A stretch of DNA of 64,000 nt, taken from positions 44,537 through 108,536 of the forward strand of contig JAQBRE010000007.1 of assembly GCA_028286605.1 (NCBI GenBank), written 5' to 3'. Positions 1 to 12,000 of the stretch are shown here, in pieces (positions within the stretch are counted from its first letter, which is position 1; every line of letters starts with the position of its first letter). This stretch comes from Parcubacteria group bacterium (lineage in GTDB: Bacteria; Patescibacteriota; Minisyncoccia; Phycocordibacterales; Phycocordibacteraceae). The translations under genes and the position numbers were made by a program. The notes under the pieces are model-generated. The model was not told the origin of the DNA. It saw only the letters and a list, made by a program, of their open reading frames with translations, and did not search any database.

Positions 1-3000
1 TCTGACTACACGGGATACGCATACATCGGCGGAACGACCACACGCATCACGAACATACAGAATTACTTCAGCACCACCGGCGGTGTAACGAAGCAGATGC
101 TTGATGAGTCGATCGATGCAGCGACGCTGAGCTTGAGCGGAAACAGCAGTGGAGGCGGCGGCACGACGGTAATCACGGGCGGAGGAGGATTCAGTGGCGG
201 CGCGCTAAGCGCAACGACCGGCGACTTTTCGAGCGACGTGAACGTAGACGGAAACTTCACACTTGCAGGAACGCTCGCGAGCGCGGGTGAGATCAGTGCG
301 CCATTCTTTACTGCCACATCGCTCGCTGCGACGTCGACACTTCCGAACATCATTTCGAATTCATTCAGTATCGGCGGTGACACGATTACGGATTTCACCG
401 GAACGGGCCTTGCAGTCGTGAATGGAAAACTTACTGCGACAGCAACGACATCGAATGCATTCCAGCAGGGGGGAAATATCTTCGGCACGACTGCGACCCT
501 CGGTACGCAGGATGCGAACCCACTCGCATTCATCACGAACAACATCGCACGCATGACGATTGATGCAGCAGGCAACGTTACGGTCGGCACGACGACATCT
601 GCATCACTGCTTACGATCGGCGGTGATACGCGCGGCGATACGTTCACGGCAGTCGGCACAGGCACCTCGACGCTTCCGCGTCTTGCAACGAGCGCGCTCG
701 CGCTCGGCAACGATTACGTGACGGGCTTCACCGGCAACGGTCTTGCGGTCGTCGGCGGCGTGCTCGGCCTCGCCGGCAGCAACAATTATTTCTCGACGAC
801 CTCGTCTGACTTCTGGCTGGGTACGAAGAGCACGAGCGATCTTGCGGAGGGTTCCAAGCTGTACTTCACGAATGCGCGCGCAGACGCGCGCATCAATGCG
901 ACCACTACCATCGGTACGCTCACTTCCGCGCCTAACCTCGGTACGCTTTCAACGACGCTCACGGGCATCGTGAAGGCAACGAGCGGTGTGCTCTCGAGTG
1001 CGGTTGCCGGAACAGATTACGAGAACCCGCTTGCATTCGTGTATCCATTGCAGCGAACGCTTAATAGCATCAGTCTTGCATTCGGTACTACCACCGCAAA
1101 CTCATGGAGCCAGCTGCAATCCTTCGGCAACATAACTGCAGCGAACGCAACCACTACGACGCTCGATGCTACTACGCTTGGCCTCGGCAATTCATACTTC
1201 ACCTCGCTCCTTGGTAGCGGCCTGCAGAATGTTGGTGGCGTACTCACGCTTGATCGCACGGGTGACTGGACCGGCACATTCGGCGGCCAGATCCCTAGCT
1301 ATTATCTAGATAGTGCGAATCAGACTGGCGTTCTTGCGCAGGCAAACGGCGGCACGGGCATCGGCAGCTTTAATCCAGGCGATATCCTGTATGCCGATAA
1401 CATGGGTACGCTGACGACGCTTCCTGTCGGTTCAACAGGCCAGGTGCTCAAGATACAGGCTGGATTGCCGCAATGGGGCGTTGACGCGACGGTCGGTGCC
1501 GGCGGTTCAGACGGAATCTTCGCGACATCTTCTGGCCTAGTCTATCCACTCGATACAAGCAATACCTTGCTTGTCGGCACGAACGCAACCTCGACGACAA
1601 ACAGTATCTTCGAAGTGCATGGTCAGAGCTACTTCTCATCGAAGCTCAGCATTGCGACTACCACCGCGCCGGTAGCGCTCTCTGTAGGTGGTTCAGGCTA
1701 CTTCACAGGCGGCCTCGGTGTTGGCATTCTTAATACGGTTGCTGGTACATTGCGCACCTCGGGCGCTGCGGACATCGGAGGTAACCTTATCGTGACGGGC
1801 GCAACCACGCTTGCTTCTGCAACCTCCTCTTCGTTCTTCACTTCGAACTTCGGTATCGGCAGCACGTATTTCAGCTCGCTTACCGGCGCAGGACTCCTTG
1901 ATACCGCAGGCGTGTTGACGCTCGACACGACAGGCAACTGGGCGGGTACATTCAATGGCCACGCCAGCTCGTTCTATCTTGATGCGACGAACTTGAATAA
2001 TTTTGGAACGCCGTTCTACACGTTCCTTCACGCAACAACTACCGACGCGCTCGCAGAAGGTGTTTCGCATCTGTACTTCACGGATGCGCGCGCAGATGCG
2101 CGCATAAACGCGACCTCGACCATCGGCACGCTCACTTCCGCGCCGAACCTCGGAACAGTATCGACGTCGTTGAACGGTTTGCTTAAGGCAACGAGCGGCG
2201 TGCTCTCTGTTGCTTCTGCGGGGACAGACTTCCAGGCGCCGATAACTGCAAGCTACCCGGTACTCTTCTCTGGAAATAATGTTTCGCTCGCATTCAGTAC
2301 GACCACTACGAATAGCTGGTCATCGCTTCAGACATTCGGCGCAGGCTTCGTTTCGCAGGCTTCCTCGACGGTTGCTGGTCCGCTTACGGTCTCGGGTGCC
2401 TTCACGATTCCAAGTGTCACGAATGCATTGCTTTCATCGAATGGAAGCGGAGTCGTAGGGGCAACGACGATCGGAAACGGCCTTGCGTTCAGTGCAAATA
2501 CGCTTTCCGTCTCAACATCGTCGCTTGCGTCCGGTTTCTTCAAGCAGAGCGGAAATGCATTCGGCACTACGGCAGTACTCGGTACTACCGATAGTAATGC
2601 GCTTACGTTCATAACCAGCAACACAGAGCGCGCACGATTCGATACCTCCGGTAATTTCGGCATCGGCACCAGCTCGCCCTCGCAGCTTCTTTCGGTGCAG
2701 GGAAGCGGGTTGTTCTCTGGAAACATTTCTGCCGCGAATGTAACGGCAACGGGCTCGCTCGCTGTTGTAGGAGTAACTAACACCGGCAATGAGCAGATCA
2801 CGGGCGGCCTCGGTGTCGGTGTCGTAAACACGACGGCCGGTACGATCGTTACAACCGGCGCGATCACTACCGGCTCTCAGTTCATCGGTCTTGCGAGCGA
2901 TGGCGTCTCCGCACCATCCTTCACCTGGGCTACCGACATCACGACCGGTATCTATCATGCTGCCGGCAACACCATCGGCTTCACTACTGCTGGTGTCGGA

Positions 3001-6000
3001 CGTGCGGTCATCGACGGCAACGGTAATCTCGGCATCGGCAGCACTTCGCCTGCAGCGAAGCTTTCCGTTGAAGGAAACGCGCTCATTCACGGCACGGCAA
3101 CCATCGACGGCTTGGGAAGCGGCCTCGTGAAATCTACGAATGGCTTGCTTGGGCTCGCGGTTGCGGGTACTGATTACGCGGCACCCTTCACCGCAACGTA
3201 TCCGATCCTGTTCTCCGCGAATAATCTTTCGCTCGCATTCGGCACGACCACCGCGAACTCATGGAGCCAGCTCCAGCAGTTCAATGGAGCTGCGTCGTCG
3301 ACGCAGCTCACTGTTACGGGCAACACTTATCTTGCGACGAACGCAGGCAGCGTTGGTATCGGAACTTCCTCGCCGTTCACGACACTTGGTGTTGCGGGCA
3401 CGGTCTTCGCAAGTGGAAACATAACGACGACAGGAACGCTCACTGCGACTGCGCTTGGTACGCATTTCGCCGTTGCTTCGAATAACGGCACGCTTACGGC
3501 GCCGAATGCGTTCGTCGACACGTTCCTTAATGATGTCTCTCAACAATCTGTCGTGACAGGATTTTTTGGAATAAACACAAGTACGGGAGGATTTTATCGA
3601 ACGCTTACCGGCACTGCCGGTCAGATAACGGTTGCGAATGGTAGCGGGGCGGGAGGAAATCCAACATTCTCGCTTCCAACGGCAATTACAGGGGTGAACA
3701 GCATCACCGCAGCAGCAAGCACGAACCTTACCCTCGCGTCGGGAGGTTCGAGTGCTACGAGCGTACTTCTTACTCCTAACGGGGGTGGGGTCGGTATCGG
3801 TACCACCTCGCCCTCGCAGCTTCTTTCGGTGCAGGGCAACGGCCTTTTCTCCGGAAACATCGCCGTTGCAAATATCACGGCGACAGGAACTCTTGCTACG
3901 GCTGGTATCACTGATTCTGGAAACGCGCAGATAACCGGAGGGCTCGGTGTCGGAACAGTAAATACTACGGCCGGTACGATCGTTACAACCGGCGCCATCA
4001 CCACCGGCTCTCAGTTCATCGGTCTCGCCTCAGACGCTGTAAATACGCCATCCTTTACCTGGGCTGGCGACCTTACGACCGGCATCTACCACGCTGCGGG
4101 CAACACCATCGGCTTCACCACTTCAGGCGTTGAGCGCGCACGCATCGATGGCAACGGATTCCTCGGCCTTGGTTCGACCACGCCATCCACACGCCTTTCC
4201 GTGGAGGGCAACGCGCTCATTCACGGCACGGTTACGGTTGATGGGCTCGGTTCAGGATTGGTTAAGTCTACGAATGGAACGCTTGGGCTCGCGGTCGCGG
4301 GTACTGACTATGAAAATCCGTTGACATTCAATGCACCGCTTTCACGTACTGTGAATGCAATATCGATATCACAGGCAACTGTATCTACGAACGGATATCT
4401 TGCCTCTGCAGATTTCAATCTCTTTAATAATAAAGTTTCTTCCACTTCACTTTCGGGTGCTTCGGTAATCTCCTATACCTCGGGTACAGGGGTCATAACC
4501 ACTACGGGCGGTACATTCGGAGGTGGGAATTATGTTTTCCCTGCGAACACTTCGGTTGCGGGTAATCTTATAGCAAATACCATTCAACGTGTATTAAATA
4601 CAAGCACACAGAATATTGGCACCACCTCAACGGTAGTATTAGGTGCAGGAGGCACAACGAATATCGTCGGAGGTAATGCTTCGTTTTCAGGTGCAGGCGG
4701 CAACGTAACGCTTACGGGAGGCACCGGAATTGCTGCAGGAGGAAATATTGTTATCAATGCGGGGACTGGCGCATCAACTGGCAGCATCCTTCTTGGAAGC
4801 ACGGCTGGGTTCGTGGGTATCGCCACCTCCACGCCTGGTTCGCTTCTTTCCATCGGAGGCGTCGCAAACTTCACCGCAGCGACCTCGACCTTATATGGTA
4901 GCGGGGGAATCAATCTGAGCGCGGGTTGTTTCGCGATCAACGGCGCATGCGTCGGCGGTAATACGCTTTCGTTCTCCTACCCGCTTACGCTTAGCGGCAC
5001 GAATGTGTCGCTCGCATTCGGCACTACCACGGCGAACACTTGGAGCGCACTCCAGACATTCAACGGCGGCGTGAGCGCATCAACGATCATTACTTCGGGC
5101 GCAATCACCACCGGCTCTCAGTTCATCGGCCTCGCTTCAGACGGCGCCTCTGCACCATCCTTCACCTGGGCCGGTGATCTCACGACGGGTATCTATCATG
5201 CCGCCGGTAATACTATCGGCTTCACGACGAGCGGCGTTGAGCGCGCACGCATCGATGGCAACGGATTCCTCGGCCTTGGTTCCACCACGCCATCCACACG
5301 CCTTTCCGTTGAAGGGAATGCGCTCATTCACGGCACGGCAACCATCGACGGCTTGGGAAGCGGCCTCGTGAAATCTACGAATGGCTTGCTTGGGCTCGCG
5401 GTTGCCGGTACCGATTACCTTGCTCCTGGTTCACTTTCTGCAACGTATCCAATTCTTTATTCGGGAAATAACTTCTCACTTGCATTCGGCACGACCACCG
5501 CGAACTCATGGAGCGCACTTCAGACATTCAACGGCGGTGCTTCAACGACGCAGCTCACTTCAACCGGCAGTACCTATCTTGCAACGACGGGTGGCAATGT
5601 AGGTGTCGGAACGGCAGCGCCAGCTTTCAAACTTGATGTTGCAGGACCGATAAATACGGATATATTCTCGGGTTACTACCAGGGTGGTAAGTTGTTGGCT
5701 TACGCGTCTTCTACGAACGACGATACGATCTTCGGTCTTGGTTCAGGCGGACAAAATGCCACCACAAGCGCAGCGATCAAATCGCTAACGGCATTCGGCT
5801 TCAATGCGTTGGCGGCTAATACCACAGGTAACGTTAACAACGCGTTCGGAGCAAATGCTCTCGCGGCAAACACGACAGGCGGAGGGAACAACGCGTTCGG
5901 AGCAAATACGCTCACGGTGAATATCTCAGGCAGCCTCAACGACGCGTTCGGAAACGGTGTCCTTATCCGTAACACAACAGGTTCTGGTAACAATGCTATT

Positions 6001-9000
6001 GGCAGCGGCGTTCTCTCCAACAACACGACTGGTTCTAATAATAATGCCATCGGCAGTCTTACTCTCGTAGGTAATACCACTGGTTCTAATAATAATGCCA
6101 TCGGCAATCTGGCCCTCAACGGCAACACCGGCAACAGCAACAGCGCTCTTGGCGATCAAGCAGGGTCTGTTACTACCGCCGGCAGCCAGAACCTCTTCCT
6201 CGGCGCACAGTCGAACACGATAGGAGCTGGATATATCAGCACCGGCTCCAACAACATCGGCATCGGCTACAACACGCTCTTCCCGAGCGCAACAGCAAGC
6301 AACCAGCTGAACATAGGTAACTTCATATACGGTACGATTGCCGCGACTTCGAGCGCAAGCACTTTCAGCGCGCCGGGTACCGGCCTCCTCGGTATCGGTT
6401 CCTCGACGCCAGGCTCGCTCCTTTCTATCGGCAACACGAACGGCATCAACTTCTCGACAGCGACTTCAACGTTCTCTTCAACGGGAGGTATCAACCTCAC
6501 GAACGGTTGTTACGCAGTAAACGGTGTCTGTGTCGGAACGAACGCAGGAACTGTAACTTCCGTTGACGCATCCGGCGGCACCACCGGCCTCACGTTCAGC
6601 GGCGGCCCTGTTACTACAAGCGGAACACTCGCGCTCGCAGGAACGCTCGTTGTTGCGAACGGTGGTACAGGAAGCACGACCCTTTCAGGTCTCTTGAAAG
6701 GAAACGGAACAGGATCACTCCTTACTGCGATTGCAGGGACCGATTACCTTGCTCCTGGTTCACTTTCTGCAACGTATCCAATTCTTTATTCGGGAAATAA
6801 CTTCTCACTTGCATTCGGTACCACGACTGCAAACTCATGGAGCCAGCTTCAGACGTTCACCTCAGGGTTTGTTTCTCAGGCATCGTCGACAATAACAGGT
6901 GTCCTTAACCTGGGTAACAATGTGAACTTTAACGAAGCAGGTACCACGACGCTTAAGACGCCTGATCAATCGAGCGGCAATATAGGATCGATCTTAATCT
7001 CAACAGGCGCGGTTAGTGGTGTTGCAAACCCGGGGAATATCACGATTATGCCAGGAAACTCGCCTGGCTCTGGGGGTAATGTCCTTATTAAGGGCGGTTC
7101 CGCAGGATTCGGGACGCCTGGAAACGTAACAATACAGCCAGGGATAGGTATTTCGGCTGGATACGCATTACTGGCATCTAACGGAGGCTTAGTAGGTATT
7201 GGTGCAACCACAACTCCTTCGCAGCTTCTTTCGGTGCAGGGCAATGGCCTCTTCTCCGGAAACATCAGTGCGGCGAACCTTACCGCAACAGGTACCGTTA
7301 CAACGGCAAACCTTACACTCGCAGCGCTTAACGGTCCGCTACAAGCGATCAACGGTGTCGTCTCTGCAACGACTTCTATTGGCGTTGTGTATGGCGGTAC
7401 GGGCTCAACGACGCTCACCGGCCTACTGAAGGGAAATGGCACAGGATCACTGCTCTCTGCTGTTGCCGGCACCGACTATCAGGCACCTCTTACGTTCGTG
7501 TACCCGCTTCTCAATAGTGCGAATACTATTAGCCTTGATTTTGGTACAACGACAGCGAATACATGGAGCGGCCTTCAGACCTTCGGTGCCGGTTTCGTTT
7601 CGCAAGCATCATCGACTGTTGCTGGCAACTTCACGGCTACTGGCTTTATCAGTACAAGTGGTACGACTGGCGGCTATCAGATTGACAATCAGCTCTTTGC
7701 GTACGGATCGACGACGAGCGGCGCGGTCGTCCTTGGGTTTGGCGCGGGAGGAGACGCCCTCACCACAGGTACTAGCCCGAACGTTGCTATAGGAAATAAT
7801 GCGCTGCATATCAATAGCGGAGGCACCTCGAACGTCGCCATCGGCTATCAGGCTATGCTTGTTAATCAGACAGGTTCAAGCAATACCGCTATCGGTTCGC
7901 AGGCACTGATCTTTAACCAGACAGGTTCAAGCAATACTGCTATCGGTCAGCAGGCGCTCAACTCTAATACGGTAGGCAGCAACAACGTCGGCATAGGAGC
8001 AAATGCTCTTCAAAACAATACGACAGCTACGAATACGGTCGCGATCGGCGTGTTCGCAGCTGGAGGTTCGGCAGCCTATACAAACCAAGGCGGAACGTAT
8101 GTTGGTTATTCGTCCGGATTCAGCGCGCATAGTTCCTCGGACTACAATTCGTTCTTCGGATATCAGTCTGGCGCGCAGGACACTACCGGAAACGACAACA
8201 TTTTCATTGGCGCACAGCCTAACTTCAGCGGCGCTGGGTATGTGACCACGGGCGCGAACGATATCGGCCTCGGTTTCAATACGCGCTTCCCAAGTGCAAC
8301 GGCAAGCAACCAGCTGAACATCGGTAACTTTATCTATGGAACACTGCCTGCCACCACGACGGCAAGCACCTTCAGCGTACCGACGGCAGGGCATCTCGGT
8401 ATCGGTTCCTCCTCTCCGTATGCAAAGCTTTCGGTCCATGCAAATAATGGGTCGACTGACACGACGCTCTTCTCGATCGGATCTTCCACCGCAAGCTTGA
8501 CGACGACACTCTTGAGCGTTAGCAACACCGGTGTCATCACGTCGAATGCTGCCGCAACCTCGACGTTCACGAACGGTATCGCTCTCACGGGTGGTTGCGT
8601 GAGCGTGAATGGCGCATGTATCGGTGTTGGTTCGGCCGGTACGGTAACCAGCGTTGACGCAGTTGGCGGCACCACCGGCCTCACGTTCAGTGGCGGCCCC
8701 ATTACTTCAAGCGGCGTTCTCACGCTTGCCGGCACCCTTGGTGTTGCGAACGGCGGCACAGGCGCAGTTACACTCACCGGCCTCGTGAAGGGAAACGGTA
8801 CCGGCGCATTCACCGCAGCAGTTGCCGGTACGGACTACCAGGCACCGCTCGCGTTCACGTATCCACTCGTGAATACGGCGAATACGATCTCGCTCGCATT
8901 CGGTACCACGACTGCGAACACGTGGAGCCAGTTGCAGCAGTTCAACGGCGGTGCTTCAACGACGCAGCTCACTGTTACGGGCAGCACCTATCTTGCAACG

Positions 9001-12000
9001 ACTGGAGGGAACGTCGGTGTCGGAACGGCAGCACCAGCATTCAAGCTCGATGTTGCAGGACCAATCAATACGAATATATTCTCGGGTTACTATCAGGGCG
9101 GCCAGCTGCTTGCCTATGCGTCTTCCACGAACGGTGCTACGATCTTCGGCCTTCAGGCAGGCGGACAGAACGCCACCACAAGCGCATCGGCCATCAGCTT
9201 AACGGCAATTGGATTCAAGGCATTGTCCGCAAACACCACCGGTTTCGCCAACACTGGAGTAGGTTTCTCCTCCCTCATTTCTAACACCACCGGTTTCGAC
9301 AACACCGCTTTCGGTATCAGCGCACTCGGCGGCACCACTATTGGCAGCAACAACGTGGCGGTTGGTGCCAGCGCACTCTTTGGAAACGTTTCAGGTACCA
9401 ACAACGTTGCTGTTGGTATTAATGCACTTGGTGCGGATATTTCAGCAACTACCACCGTAGCTGTGGGATCCGGCGCTGGGTGGGGATCGGGTAACTACTC
9501 GAATCAGGGCGGTACGTACCTTGGATATCAAGCAGGAACATTCCTTGCAAACGGCTCAGATTACAACACGCTGCTCGGATATCAGTCTGGTTCGCAGGTT
9601 ACTTCCGGATACGGAAACATCTTGGTGGGACCATCGGTTTCTAGTAACAACCTCACGACAGGTTCAGGCAACATAGGTATCGGATATAACCTTTCTTTCC
9701 CTGCAGCTTCTACGAATAATTATCTCAACATCGGCAGCCTGATCTTCGGCACGCTACCAGCGACGACCACCTCACTGACGGCACCAGTTTCAGGTCTGCT
9801 CGGCATCGGTACCACTTCGCCGTACGCGAAACTCAGCGTCCAAAGCAATAACGGCGACACCGCAACAACGCTCTTCGCGATCGGTTCATCCACCGCATCG
9901 CTTAACAGCACACTGTTCAGTGTCAGCAACACCGGTGTGATCACGTCGAATGCTGCAGCAACGTCAACGTTCACGAACGGTATCGCTCTCACGGGCGGCT
10001 GCGTAAGCGTGAACGGTACCTGTCTTGGTACTGGCAGTGGGGGCGTTACTTCCGTAAACGCAGTCGGCGGCACCACCGGCCTCACGTTCAGTGGCGGGCC
10101 GATTACAAGCTCGGGCACACTCACTCTTGCCGGCACGCTCGGCGTTGCGAATGGCGGCACGGGTTCAACCACGCTCACCGGCCTACTGAAGGGAAATGGC
10201 ACAGGATCACTCCTCACTGCCGTTGCCGGTACGGATTATCTCGCGCCAGGCTCGCTCTCTGCGACGTATCCGATTCTCTACAGTGCTAATAATTTCTCAT
10301 TGGCCTTCGGTACGACGACCGCTAATACATGGTCTTCGCTTCAAACGTTCACTTCAGGACTTATCTCGCAGGCATCCTCAACATTCAGCGGTTCATTGAA
10401 TGTTACGGGCTCTTCGTACTTCGGCGCGAATGTAGGTATCGGTACCACGACTGCAGCACAGCTGCTTACGCTTTCAGCTGCTGATACAAGTACATCGCTG
10501 ATTACGGCAGCACTTGCTTCTGAATCGATCATCAATAGCGATACTACGAACAACAATACTGCGGACCTCGTTTTCAAGACTGCTGATACCGCTGGCGCTA
10601 CCGTTGTTGGTACGAAACTTGCAACAGTCTTCACGTCGCACACGCCGAGCGGCGTCTCAGCTGATCTTGCATTCATAACCCGAAACGCAGGCACGCTCTC
10701 TGAGAAGCTGCGTCTCACGGCTGCCGGTAATCTCGGTGTCGGCACTACCACGCCTTCACAGGCACTCTCTGTTCAGGGTAATGGTCTCTTCTCTGGAAAC
10801 ATAAGTTCAGCGAACGTTACCGCTACCGGTACTATCACGACACCTAATCTCACGATCGCAGCGCTTAATGGTCCGCTACAGGCAAACAACGGTGTTGTAT
10901 CCGCAACGACTTCAATTGGAGTGCAGTACGGCGGTACGGGAGCAATCACCCTCACCGGTCTTATAAAGGGAAATGGTACGAGTGCGTTCACCGCAGCAGT
11001 AGCAGGAACGGACTACCAGGCCCCGCTCGCGTTCACGTATCCATTGGTTAATACCACCAACACCATTTCGCTTGCGTTCGGCACGACGACGGCGAACTCA
11101 TGGAACAGTCTCCAGCAATTCAATGGCGGACTGACTGCTTCAACGATCACGACGACAGGCAGTGTCGGTATCGGCACAAGTACTCCTGGTTCACTCCTTT
11201 CTATAGGTACTACGAATGGCATTAACTTCAGTACGGCAACATCAACCTTCAGTTCGACGGGCGGCATCAACCTTACGAATGGATGCTACGCAGTGAACGG
11301 CGTGTGTCTTTCAACGGGCGGCGGTACATTCACCAATACGCTTGCGAATGGCGGTACTGCAACAACTACCTTCTACGCAGGCGGTTTGGTATTTAGCGAC
11401 GGCACGAAGCTTACGCAGGCTTCGGGCTCTGGAGCAAGCATTCTTAGCTGGAACAACACGAACGGATTCCTTGGCATCGGCTCAAGCAGCCCTTCGTATG
11501 CGCTTTCCGTTCAGGGTACCAGCGGCATACGTGTGAAGACCACAACGAACACTGCCGCTGCGCTGGGTATCGAAAACTCACAAGGCACGACAACCCTCCA
11601 GGCCGACACTCTTGATTCAAGCGATTCGATCTTCTCTGTCGCAACCTCTACGGGTAACACGTACTTCTACGTGGGAGCTGGCGGAAACGTAGGTGTCGGC
11701 ACGACCACGCCGCTTTCCGCGCTTGCTATCGGCGGCGCAGGAGGTCTTTCCGTGGGAGCAGACTACAACATCGCAGCGCCAACGAACGGTGCGATCATCG
11801 AAGGCGGGTTAGGTGTCGGCACCACTTCTGTCATGAATAACGACGCGCTTGATGTAAGCGGCGCAGTGTACATCAACGGCACAGGCACCAACCCACTTGC
11901 TCTTTCGGTAGGCGCTACCGCCGCCGCAACCCCGAGCTTCAGCGTAGATCAAAGCGCTGGTATCGGTACGGGTCTCTCCGTAGTAACGAATCTCGTGGGA

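Noticed and set aside
2790-5410. Near-identical repeats as a DGR template/variable pair
   Set aside because: Differences are not adenine-specific, all copies are in-frame coding, and there is no reverse transcriptase in the window.
5800-6150. CRISPR-like periodic repeats
   Set aside because: 48-nt period equals a 16-aa coding repeat inside the giant ORF; no cas genes.
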